NCBI GenBank assembly: GCA_051294375.1
Contig: CM119264.1
Coordinates: 31,501,477 to 31,565,476 of the forward strand
DNA length: 64,000 bases
Direction: 5' to 3'
Source: Paraspadella gotoi
Taxonomy: Eukaryota > Animalia > Chaetognatha
Positions 12,303 through 24,973 of this stretch are shown here, piece after piece. A program made the translations under genes and the position numbers. The notes under the pieces were generated by a model. That model had not been told where the DNA came from. It did not search any database and was given only the letters and a program-made list of their open reading frames with translations. Positions within the stretch are counted from its first letter, which is position 1. Each line of letters starts with the position of its first letter.

Positions 12303-12529
12303 ATATTCTGACCACGGTCTCCCTTTCATCTGTAACGCTAGTCACCCGTGGCAAGGACGCATCCCCCCTGCCTCCTCCTCTTCCTCCTCCTCCTCTTCAT
12401 CCTCCACATGCGGCTATCCTTTCCTCAACATTCTCTACGAACCAAAGATTCTCTGCGCGAATCCGCAATTCGCTCACGAAGAAGACGGTGACGCTAGCGT
12501 CTCGTGCACCGTCTACGCCAATCCTGAAG
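12303..12529 (+). CDS. IgSF gene exon (end of Ig2, start of Ig3)
   Basis: Long pyrimidine tract + CACAG acceptor and AAG|GTGAGA donor; RYSDHGLPFICNASHPWQGRIPPASSSSSSSSSSTCGYPFLNILYEPKILCANPQFAHEEDGDASVSCTVYANPE; phase 2 to 1. Confidence 0.92.
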
Positions 12530-13045
12530 GTGAGAGGGGGAAGTGATATTGTGATAGGAGCTGTGATATATAGGCTGGGGGAAGTAATATAGAAATGATA
12601 GTGTTGATAATGACGCCAGCGTCTCGTGCACCGTTTACGCCAATCCTGAAGGTGAGAGGGGGAAGTGATATTGTGATAGGGACTGTGATATATAGGCTGA
12701 GGGAAGTAATATAGAAATGATAGTGTTGATAATGACGCCAGCGTCTCGTGCACCGTATATACCAATCCTGAAGGTGAAAGGGGGAAGTGATATTGTGATA
12801 AGGGCAGTGATATATAGGCTGGAGGAAGTGATATTATGATAGGGGCTGTGATATACAGACTTGGGAAATGATATAGAAATGATAGTGTTGATAATGATGC
12901 CAGCGTCTTGTGCACCGTCTACGCCAATCCTGAAGGTGAGAGGGGGAAGTGATATTGTGATAAGGGCTGTGATATACAGGCTTGAGGAAGGGATATTGTG
13001 ATAGGGGCTGTGATATACAGGCTGGGGGAAGTGATTTGTAGATAA
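12490..13045 (+). repeat. 122-bp tandem repeat containing exon 3' end + donor
   Basis: TGACGC(C/T)AGCGTCTCGTGCACCGT...AATCCTGAAG|GTGA occurs four times, with donors after 12529, 12651, 12773 and 12935. Confidence 0.95.
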
Positions 13046-13225
13046 GGGGTTAATTTATTTTAGGTAGTGATATGGGGTCAAGTTTTGGTGACATTAATGG
13101 CGGGAGTTGTGATAAAGATGATAAAGAAGATGTTGATGCTGATAAAAATTATGATGTTAATGATGACACTGATTATTATGATACATCGTTTGCTTTTAAA
13201 TTAGCAATAATGTTTACGAGATTAA

Positions 13226-13273
<48 letters not shown>

Positions 13274-13450
13274 TTTAATTCCCCGATGATTTCGGGCAAA
13301 AAACGATCAACAGCGAAATCAAGCAAAACGGAGGAAAGTTTCTCACACTATCTCTCTCTCTCCTCATCATCTCTCCTCTCTACTCTCCTCGTTCCCTTTT
13401 CCCCCTTTAAATTTCGGTTAGAGAAGGAGAAAGGTGGAAACTGAAAAAGA

Positions 13451-13501
<51 letters not shown>

Positions 13502-13904
13502 CCTCTCCACCCTTTTATCTAGTCTTTAAAATTTACCTTAGTAATTTAAATATTTTCAAACAGAAAAGAAAATTTGAAAAGAAAATTTGACTTGTGGTTT
13601 AACAATTATTTCCAACTCACGTTAAAGCAAAATCTCTGAGGAGTTGGGAGGGAAAAAAAGGAGGAGGAGGAGGAAGAGGAGGAGGAGGAGAAGGAGGAGA
13701 AGGAAGAGGAGAAAATATACCATTTTCTTCCTCCCGACTTCCTTATGACCGACTGGGGGTTTTCGTCTTAAANNNNNNNNNNACGAATCGAATTATGAAA
13801 TAGATTCAATTTAAAATTTAATGTATTTTATAAATACATATTATGACGTTAAAGATGTCAATTATGATCAAATGAGTAAGCAGACAGGGATTTCTAGGCG
13901 AAAC

Positions 13905-14480
13905 TTATTAATTAATTAATTAATTAATTAATAAGTCAGTTATTTGGGATAAAATGAATTTGATTCTAAAGGTTTTGTTTTTAGGTCTTTTCATAACTAA
14001 CCACGACAAAAGCAGTGACGACGATGAGAATTGTGCCAATAACGATTGATTTAAAATTTTAAATGATTGACTGATTATTTAATTATTGAATAATTAATTG
14101 ACTAATTGATTAATTAACTCATTAATTGTTTATTCAATTATTACATTATGCCTTTACATTTAATATAAAAAGAAAAATAAGCATAATCAATTAGTGAAAC
14201 AGTGTTTTTGTTTTTTCCATTTAAACTCATTTCCACTCAGACGATTCCATCGAAACTTCATTCCTAGCTTCATCACACACTTTCCTACCCACACACAAAA
14301 TTTTAGGTCAATCGCCCCATCTGTGGTGTTCAAATAGTGAAACAAAAAAAAGCATAATCAATTAATTCCAATCGCGAGTAATTGGTATTTTTTGTTAAGG
14401 TGGGACGGACGGTACGGAACGGACGGACGGAACGGACGGACGGACGGACGGACAAACGGACGAACAGACATTATTTTTTT
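13905..14480 (-). mobile_element. internal fragment of the HINE family
   Basis: Shares the TTAATT array, 'CACTCAGACGATTCCATCGAAACTTC' and (GGAC)n with 19232-19857. Confidence 0.7.
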
Positions 14481-15581
14481 TCTTCTCTTCGTCTTCTTCT
14501 CTCTTCTCTTTTCTCTTTTTCTCTTCTTTCTCTCTCTCTTTCTCTCTTCTCTCTTCTCTTTTCTCTTTTCTCTTTTCTCTTTCTCTTTTCTTCTTTTCTC
14601 TCTCTTTTTTCTTCTCTCGTCTCTTTTCTCTCTTCTCTCTTCTGTTTTCTTTCTTCTCTCTTCTCTTTTCTCTTTTCTCTTCTCTCTTCTCTCTCTCTCT
14701 TCTCTCTTTTCTTTTCTCTTCTCTCTTCTCTCTTCTCTTTTCTCTCTTCTCTTTTTTCTTTTCTCTTTTATTTCTTCTCTCTTCTCTCGTCTCTCTTATT
14801 TTTAATTTTTTTGTTTATTTTTCTTGATCCACAAAAACATCCCAAAAGTATTTTGTGGCGGAAAGTCAAAACGGGCCAAACAAGCAACAAAAATGGGCAA
14901 AAAATATCAAAAGTGAAAAAAAGTAAATTTGGGGAAAAATATCAAAAGTTAAAAGCAAAAGTTAAAAGCCAAAATGTCCGAATAAAAAAAATGAGTAGAA
15001 TATGAAAATGGAAAAAAAATCAAAATGAAAATTAAAGAAAATGAGGAAAAAAGTTTATAAATTTAATTCTTTAAAAAATGAAATATTGTTAAATGTATTA
15101 TATGAATTCTTTGTTTGTAGATAAAAATTTTACAAAAAAAAAAACAGACCCAACATATATACGATATGTTTACTAAAAACCGATTCATCTTTCAGTTTGA
15201 CCTTTTACATTTAAAAAAAGATTTCAGACTCCAATACAAGTTGAAGAAAATTAAATCTTTTCTTAACAGATTAAACTTACTACAAAAACAAAAAAAACTT
15301 CGTCGCTACAACCAATTTTAACAGTCCGTTGAATTTCTCATATCCGCCCGGTTTACCTTGGCTGTGAGTCTCACAGTCTCCCTGCTGCGTCGTGGCTGCA
15401 GTCTGCTGCCGCTGTTTTTCTGCTACAGCTGCGGTCCCCTTCGCAGTTTCGTTGGCAAATTTGTGGACGAGGAAGAATTTTATGAGCGAGTGGATTCGCG
15501 GCGCCAGCGGCGCTTATTTAGGCGCCCAGCGGCGCCGATGGGCGTGGCAGGGCGCTGGGAATCACTCTCTCTGTCTCTCTG

Positions 15582-15639
<58 letters not shown>

Positions 15640-15959
15640 CTCACAAACATCCCAGGAAAAAAAGGCAGTCTGAAAAAAAAACATTAACACTTTAACTCTT
15701 GACTCCATCAAGAGAAGAAGAGAGAAAAGAAAGATAAAAAAAGAGAGGAAAGACGAGAGAGATGGGGAAAAAGAGGGGTTAGATGAGAGAGTAAAGGAAA
15801 AGGAGATAGTTTCTAATAGGAGAAGATTAACCTTAAAAAAGAGGGAAGAAAAGAAAAGAAAAGAGGATAAGAAAGAGAGAGGAAGAAGTAGAAAGGAAGG
15901 TAAAAAGAAAAGAGAGGAGATGAGTGAAGAAAAAGGAAAAAGAGAAGAGAAAAGTTAAT

Positions 15960-16500
15960 TGAGGAAAGTAGAGATGAGAGAGGAAAGGTGAAAAAAGAGA
16001 GAAAAAATAAGATAGGAAAGTAGAGATGAGAGAGGAAATAGGAAAAAAGAGAGAATAGATAAGATAAGAAAGTAGAGATAAGAGAGGAAAGGAGAAAAAG
16101 ACGAGAAAAGATAATATATGAAAGTAGAGATGAGAGAGGAAGGGAGAAAAAGGAGAGAAGAGATAAGATAGGAAAGTCGAGATAAGAGAGGAAAGGAGAA
16201 AAAGGAGAGAACAGATAAGATAGGAAAGTAGAGATTAACAGAAAAGGAGAAAAAGGAGAGAAGAGATAAGATAGGAAAGTAGAGATGAGACAGAAAAGGA
16301 GAAAAAGGAGAGAAGAGATAAGATAGGAAAATAGAAATGAGAGAAGAAAGGAGAAAAAGGAGAGAAGAGATAAGATAGGAAAGTAGAGATGAGAGAGGAA
16401 AGGTGAAAGAGGAGAGAAGAGATAAGATAGGAAAGTAGAGATGAGAGAGGAAAGGAGAAAAAGGAGAGAAGAGATAAGATAGGAAAGTAGATATAAGAGA
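15960..16500. repeat. ~50-bp purine-rich minisatellite
   Basis: Repeated GGAGAAAAAGGAGAGAAGAGATAAGATAGGAAAGTAGAGATGAGA. Confidence 0.85.
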
Positions 16501-16568
16501 CGAGGTAATCAAGGGAATTATGAGTCAAGGAAATATGCATTAGTCACTCCCCCTTCTCTCTCTCTCTC

Positions 16569-16599
<31 letters not shown>

Positions 16600-18556
16600 G
16601 GATTCTTTAAGAGGCAAATTAGACTAAACGTTCATCCTCAAACTGAGGCAGTTTGAGTCAAGGGTATAGGATACGATTTTTGTTCAAGACATCCAAATGG
16701 TTGAGCAATGTGCATTCAGCAATGTGCAATGAACAATTTGCAATGAGCAATGAGCAATGAGCAATGTGCAATTACCAACGGAGAATTACGACCACAAAAA
16801 GAAACAAGGTTATGACATGGAAACTATCTTACATTTATCCTTTCGTTATAATCCTTTCTTGTCTTTTTCTTCACTTCCATGTTTATACAATTACTTCGTT
16901 GTCACCGCCATGCCTTTCATGTCAAAGCCATGCCTTCCATGTCAGCGCCATGACTTCCCTGTCTTGCAAAGAATTAGAGAGAGCGAAAGTTGAAAAATCT
17001 CGGAATCCACACATCAACGCTTCTAATCCCATGGAGTAGATATGTCGCTCCGCGCTTAAAAAGAAATCCGAAAGACGAAGCGGTTCGGATAATTTTGGTT
17101 CCTAGCAATTTTTTGCACCAATAGCGCAGTAAATATACAAAACCATGGATGATTTCTGAAACTGCAGTGTTTGGCTATCCAACGCCGCCGAACAAAGAAA
17201 ACTCCATAAAGGTCTTGACTAAAAAATACTGAAAATAACACGGCGCTTAGTCTGAATTCTTTTTAATTTTTTTTTATTTTGCGGTATTACTGTATAACGT
17301 CAAATAAGTATACAAAGCGGTCATGCATGATTCCTATTCTGTTGGGTTTAGCCTAACTTTGAAGCACATAACGAAAAAAATAAAATTGACGTCATAGTAA
17401 GAAATAATAGCAATTAATCCAAAATTTTTTTCTTAAATTTGTTGTCATTTTTTGTTTCTTACTGTTTTGCCAAACATGCCTTTTAAAATTATAAAAATAA
17501 AGATTAGCTAATGAAACTTTACAATGTCTTAGTACATTTCGATGCCGGAACAAGAAAATTCATTGTAATCATAGTATCAATATGGAGCCTTGAAATCACC
17601 TCATTTTCTTTTGCAATTTACCCTTTATTGATAAAGCCTTGTATTATAATTAAAAAAATTAAAACAAACAATTTTACCATACAGCCTACATGCATTAGGC
17701 GTGTTATTAAAAGATTGTAGGCTTTTTTTAATAAAAATTGTTTTATTTATATAGCTAATGGGCATTATGCAAGGTTTTAATTTTGCACCCTGAAAGTGAC
17801 AAAACATTAAAAAATCTGATAATACAGTCCTTTTAGCCCTATGTCCAGTAGTTTTTAAATCAGCCGGAAAACAAAGTTTTGAACTCCTATTTCAATTTAA
17901 AAATCATTGTTTTAAGGTTGCAAACATGAATTTTTAATTTTTTTTGTTTTCAACAAAATGATAATTCATTATCTTTTAAGGTAATTATATTAACATTTGA
18001 AGTATAGGAAAATTTTGCTATATAAAGAAATACATAATTCAGTCTTTTCTCTTTTCAGAATCCATATTTATTTATTTTTTTAATACGGCCAAGTAATGTG
18101 TAATTTAATTTCAAAGTGTTATACTTTTGACTAAGATTCCGATCCAGAATTGTAAAAATCCTTTTGAAACTTTGAGAGAAAATTATATGGAAAAGATGCG
18201 CGCGCGTGAGTGGATGGCTTAATATGATACCAGTCTTCATCGTTCTATCATTTCTGGTTTTAAAAGTTATCAAAGAAAAATCAATTTTTATTTACCAATT
18301 AAGCACTCGGCCGAAGCTAAAAATAAGTGGAACCAAAAAGGAAAATATTAACGAAACGCAGTTTGATTTAAAAATTGGCGTGGAAAAATGACCTTTTTTT
18401 GTAGATTATTTTTCAAACGCGTGGGTCGATTGATTTGAAATGTTACATGAAACAATATTTGACATCATTTCCTATTCAGTAAATGTAAAAATATTTAAAA
18501 TACATTATAAACACCAGGATAACTTGCCTATCTACATGGAGAGAGTGCGAGAGAGC

Positions 18557-18687
<131 letters not shown>

Positions 18688-18769
18688 AATCTCCATCCAG
18701 AGGAGAGAGAAGGCGATCCGAGATGGAAGGGAATTTTATGGAAGAGGAATAATCAAGGGGGAAGGACAA

Positions 18770-19160
18770 AAAAAGAGAGGACAAAGAGAAGAGGACATAG
18801 AGGACAGGACTAGATGAGAGGACATAGAGGAGAGGACATAGAAGAGAGGACAAGAGGAGAGGACATAGAGGAGAGGACCTAGATGAGAGGACAAAGAGGA
18901 GAGGACATAGAACAGAGGACAAAAGAAGAGGACATAGAGGAAGAAGACAAAGAAAAGAGGACAATGAAGAGAGAACATAGAGGAGAGGATATAGATGAGA
19001 GGACATAAAGGAGAGGACTTAGAAGAGAGGACATAGAGAAGAGGACATAGAGAAAAGGACATAGAGGAGAGGACATAGAGGAAAGGACAAAGAGGAGAGG
19101 ACATAGAGGAAGGAAAAACAGGAGAGGACATAGAAGAGAGGACAAAGAAGAGAGGACAAA
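18770..19160. repeat. ~14-bp minisatellite GAGGACATAGAGGA
   Basis: Visible periodic GAGGACA. Confidence 0.85.
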
Positions 19161-19231
19161 TGTAATAAGGACACGGTGGCATGTAAACATGGAGACATGG
19201 AAAAGGAGGATCGAAGACAAGAAAGGAAAAT

Positions 19232-19857
19232 AAAACAAGTTTGAGCAAACAATGTCGGATCTGCCCACGATCATTATCGGTAATTAATTAATTAATTTAT
19301 AATTAATTTATTCAAGTTAATTATTGAATTAATTATACAATTAATTTGATCCAAAATGTTTGTTTTGATTGATTATTTAACTGATTAATTAATTATTGGG
19401 TAATTAATTGACTAATTGATTAATTAACTAATTAATTATTTGATTAATTAATACATCTTGCATTTACATTTAAAATAAAAAGAAAAAGAAGCATAATCAA
19501 TTAGTGAAACAGGTTCTTTGTTTTTTCCATTTAAACTCATTTCCACTCGGACGATTCCATCGAAACTTCATATCCAGCTCAATCACACACTTCCCTACCC
19601 ACACACAAAATTTCATTTCAATCCATCCATCCAATCACGAGTAATTGGTGTTTTTTGCTAAGCATAGATGGACGGATGGACGGACGGACGGACGGACAGA
19701 CGGACAGATGGACATCGTTTTTTTTGCATAATTTATCATAATTCGATGTTCTGACATGATATAAGTGAATGCCTGACAAGATTGAGGGGGTAGACCGACG
19801 GACCGACAAAGTGAATTATAGAGTCGGGATCTGCTGAAAGCAGATCCGACTAAAAAA
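19232..19857 (-). mobile_element. full-length HINE/DINE-1-like element
   Basis: On - strand: 5' TTTTTTAGTCGGATCTGC...GCAGATCCCGACT hairpin, (GTCC)n, 3' GCAGATCCGAC subTIR, GTTTGCTCAAAC stem-loop and T run. Confidence 0.85.
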
Positions 19858-22031
19858 TACAAGCTTTCATTTTGTAACATATGTTGTTGAGAAAAAGATG
19901 AAGGAAATAACAGAACAGCAGAGAGAAAAATCCTGCTAACTAATGCATCATAAATTGGAAGATAAATTTGATATATCAAATGTGTCTTTATACAATCAAG
20001 AAACTGAGATTTGTCGTTTTCTTGTAAATCAATCGTTCAGAAAGTTTGGATTAAAATACTTTTATTTTCGGGAGGCCTATGGATAGTGGGAGGTTGTCAT
20101 TAATTATTCTTTAAAAAAGCACATTCAATAACCTTGATTTATATTTAGTATTTTAAATTTAATACCACATCTTTTTAGTACATTTTTTTTAATTCTCATT
20201 TTTCCCGAAAAATTTACGAGATTTTTTCTTCCAAATTCCAACATTTTCTTTCATTCGAGTTTTGGGTCTTTTTTTCCAAAAACGCCCCATTTCTGGTCCT
20301 TAATCACTAAACTTAAATTCAATATTAATATTTAATTAGTTCCTGTTATTAAAACCATAATCCTTCATCTAATATCTACCCTAATTCCTAATCCTAATCT
20401 CTAAAAAAATTCTGTGATGCCAGGGTTTGGTCTGTTTAAGATAAACATTTAAAATATACCTTTAAATTATAAGATAAGCAACAATGAAGGATCACCATAT
20501 GGTGATGGCTCGCCTATACCTGGATATTGGGATTAAAGTGCTGAAATCCATGAAGGGTATAGGTTCCCAACTGATGACCTTCCCATTGTATAAACATAAA
20601 AGATAAAAAATATTCAAAAACTAAAAAATTAAAAAGTAGGATAAAAAAAATAAAATTTGGGTGAGATATTTTGGTCTCACGCTCGCGAAGGCAAACATTC
20701 GAACGTTGCCCGTTCCGACTGTCTTAACATGGGCCCGAATAGAAAAGACTTTTCTTATTTTATTGTGAAACTTTATTAGTCAAAATCCTACCGGAGACTT
20801 TTAAAAACGGGTTTTCGAAGCGGGTACAACGTTTGAGCTCTGAAGAGAAACTAAAAACGTATCGCGAGCTCTCACGAAAGTAAAAATAATCAAAATGGTC
20901 ACTTTAAATAGTGGTCATTTTAAAATGACCTGAACGAGTCTTTAGAGAGAAAAGGATGATTTATTATTATTAATTTTTATTAAAGTATTTTAAAATTATA
21001 TTTATGACATAAAGGTGCCCCTATAGACCTTTCCTTAGTATGTATCCCTATCAGAACATACAATTCTACATGGTAGTCTTATCCCTATTGGTAAAAAAAT
21101 CATATATAACGTTGGTCCCCCCACAAAAAATTATCCATTCCCACCCCTTTCTGTAATTCTGTTCAGCCTCTTAGATATTATGATTTTTCATTAATGACTT
21201 TCTAACAGAAATTATGTGTGATATCTATTAGAAAACTAGGACAGATAGTAATCTAACCTTGTGTTGTATAGATGCTCCCTCTATTTCCAGAAGACAACAC
21301 TGACTTCCCCTTCCCAAATGGAATTATTAGAAAAATAAAACATTTTTAAAAAAGAAAGCAATATATATTTGATTAAATAATATAGATTAAATACTAAATC
21401 CTTCATAGAATATAACAATAGAAAATAGTGAAACAAGTAATTTGCAAATTTTCATAATCTTATAACATGAAAACTAACTTAATTTCAAATTTGAAATGAA
21501 ATGTGGCGTTCTGAGAAAATAAGGCCCGCGTGCTTTCCATAAAAAAAGTTATGAACTAAATCTTTTCCACTTTTAAACTTTTATGAGTCGCGAAATTTTT
21601 TTCTTGTTTTATTTATAACTTGAAAAATGATGTTCTGAGCATTTTTTTTATTTTAGGCTCTATCTTTTTTTAATTTCTTTTTTTCTCTTTATCTTTGTTT
21701 CTTTTTTCTTTTTTTCTATTTCTACTTTTTTCTATCTCTCTTTCTGTCTTTCTTTCTCATATTTCACTCTTGAGGGATTACTGCCAGGAGAAACTTTTTA
21801 TGATGTGAATTAATTTTTTTTTCCCGAATGGCGAAGTTGACTGAGTTAGAAACCTGCGAGCTGTCTCTCTCTCTCTCTCTCTCTCTCNNNNNNNNNNNNN
21901 NNNNNNNNNNNNTCATCTCTCTCTTCTCTCTCTCATCTCTCTCTCTCTCTCTTTTTTTTTTCTTTCTCTCTCTTGCTCGGTCGCTCTCTTCCTCTCCTTC
22001 CCTCCTCCTTCTCTACTCTCTCTCTCTCTCT

Positions 22032-22064
<33 letters not shown>

Positions 22065-22080
22065 CTCTTTCTCTCGTCTT

Positions 22081-22113
<33 letters not shown>

Positions 22114-22140
22114 CTTTCTCTCTCTTTCTCTCTCTCTTCT

Positions 22141-22171
<31 letters not shown>

Positions 22172-22187
22172 TCTCTCTCTCTCATCT

Positions 22188-23503
22188 CTCTCTTTCTTTT
22201 CATCAGCATATTTTGTTAAAACAATACTACAAAACTCCAAAACCCATAGCAAATTCTATTTTCCATTTTAATGTTTTCACATCTGTTTTCTTTTTAGCTT
22301 CGATTTTAATAAATATAAAAGATCGCCTTTCGCGGACGACGACGACGACGACGACACGAGCACATGACGATGACTACGATGACGATGACGACGACGACGA
22401 CGTCGACGTCGACGACGACGACGATGACGACGATGACGACGACGATGACGATGACGATGACGATGACGACGTCGGACAACGACGACGACGACGACAATGA
22501 CGACGACAACGATGACGACGACGACATCGTTGTTTCATTCGTGATTTATTTTTCTCTTCGATATTTTGTTTTCTTTTATTTGTTTTTTTCTTTTCATTTC
22601 TTCCTCGATATTTGATCTCCAGTTCTCTGTTTTTGTTATTAGTTGTTGTTGTTTGTAAATTCTGTCTAACCTTAACTGTCACCACGACAGTCTTATTTTT
22701 TAAATAGGGTCATCTGAGTTTATTTTTTTAGTAATAGTTTTTTTTATTTTTATCAGAATTTTAAATATAGATATGTATTTTATTTTTGTAAGGGTAGCCG
22801 CACTCAAAACGAAAATTTATACATTTTTAAGTATACTTTCAATGGAAAACATTTTTTTAATTTAATTTTTAAATATTTATTTATAGATAGAATTTTTTTT
22901 AATTTTCATATTTAAGACCAGATTCAGATAGCACATAAAAGTTGTCTACACGAAGTATAATTCTTTTTTAAAATTGTTTGATAAGTATGTCAAAAATAAG
23001 AAAAACAGTTAAAAAATCGTCATTATCATTCATCTTTCGATGATTTTATCAGTTTTTTTTAGAATTTAATGAGAAAATCTAAAAAATTTTCAAAAGCTGT
23101 AATTATATTTCTTTATTTAAACTTATTATGCTCAATCAAAATCCATCAAAACATTTTAAGATTTCATATTTATTTTCTTTTTTTCGTAATTTAATAATTT
23201 TAATTAGGCTAGTACACCTCAGAAGAAGCATTTTTGACAAAAAATATATATGCCTGTGATAGATTTTTAAACGCTGTATATATTAGCATTTAAATTTCAT
23301 CGGTAATGGCTATTTTTAGCTTTGATTGCTATTATTCTTAACTTTCTTTTTTTATTTTGTCTCTCTTTCTTTTCATCAGCATATTTTGTTAAAACAATAC
23401 TACAAAACTCCAAAACCCATAGCAAATTCTATTTTCCATTTTAATGTTTTCACATCTGTTTTCTTTTTAGCTTCGATTTTAATAAATATAAAAGAATCGC
23501 CTT

Positions 23504-23534
<31 letters not shown>

Positions 23535-24530
23535 CGCATGACGATGACTACGATGACGATGCACGACGACGACGACGTCGACGTCGACGACGACGACGAT
23601 GACGGACGATGACGACGACGATGACGATGACGATGACGATGACGACGTCGACAACGACGACGACGACGACAATGACGACAACGATGACGACGACGACATC
23701 GTTGTTTCATTCGTGATTTATTTTTCTCTTCGATATTTTGTTTCTTTTATTTGTTTTTTTCTTTTCATTTCTTCCTCGATATTTGATCTCCAGTTCTCTG
23801 TTGTTGTTATTATTGTTGTTGTTATTTGTAAATTCTGTCTAACCTTAACTGTCACCACGACAGTCTTATTTTTTAAATAGGGTCATCTGAGTGCTATTTT
23901 TTTTAGTAATAGTTTTTTTATTTTTTATCAGAATTTTAAATATAGATATGTATTTTATTTTTAGTAAGGGTAGCCGCACTCAAAACGAAAATTTATACAT
24001 TTTTAAGTATACTTTCAATGGAAAACATTTTTTAATTTAATTTTTAAATATTTATTTATAGATAGAATTTTTTTTTAAATTTTCAATTTTAAGACCAGAT
24101 TCAGATAGCACATAAAAGTTGTCTACACGAAGTATAATTCTTTTTTAAAAATTGTTTGATAAGTATGTCAAAAATAAGAAAAACAGTAAAAAATCGTCAT
24201 TATCATCATCTTTCGATGATTTTATCAGTTTTTTTTAGAATTTTAATGAGAAAATCTAAAAAATTTCAAAAGCTGTAATTATATTTCTTATTTAACTTAT
24301 TATGCTCAATCAAAATCCATCAAAACATTTTAAGATTTCAATTTATTTTCTTTTTTTCGTAATTTAATAATTTTAATTAGGCTAGTACCCTCAGAAGAAG
24401 CATTTTTGACAAAAATATATATGCTCGTGATAGATTATTTAAACGCTGTATATATTAGCATTTAAATTTCATCGGTAATGGCTATTTTTAGCTTTGATTC
24501 TATTTATCATTAACTTTCTTTTTTTATTTT
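22188..24530. repeat. tandem duplication of ~1.17 kb including a (GAC/GAT)n tract
   Basis: 22188-23358 is nearly identical to 23359-24530; differences are mostly small indels. Confidence 0.9.
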
Positions 24531-24688
24531 TGAACAATTTTTTTAATAATTATTTTTTCTAATTTGCTTATTTTGTTTTATATTTAGTTGTTTTTTTGTT
24601 TTTTTTTGTTGTTGTTTTTCTGATTCTAAGCAAACTAAGTTTCTTTCGAATCAGCGAATTCTCTCGCTTCTCTCGGATCTCTTCACCT

Positions 24689-24722
<34 letters not shown>

Positions 24723-24939
24723 NNNNNNNNNNNNNNNNNNNNNNNNNNNNNNNNNNNNNNNNNNNNNNNNNNNNNNNNNNNNNNNNNNNNNNNNNNNNNN
24801 NNNNNNNNNNNNNNNNNNNNNNNNNNNNNNNNNNNNNNNNNNNNNNNNNNNNNNNNNNNNNNNNNNNNNNNNNNNNNNNNNNNNNNNNNNNNNNNNNNNN
24901 NNNNNNNNNNNNNNNNNNNNNNNNNNNNNNNNNNNNNNN

Positions 24940-24973
<34 letters not shown>

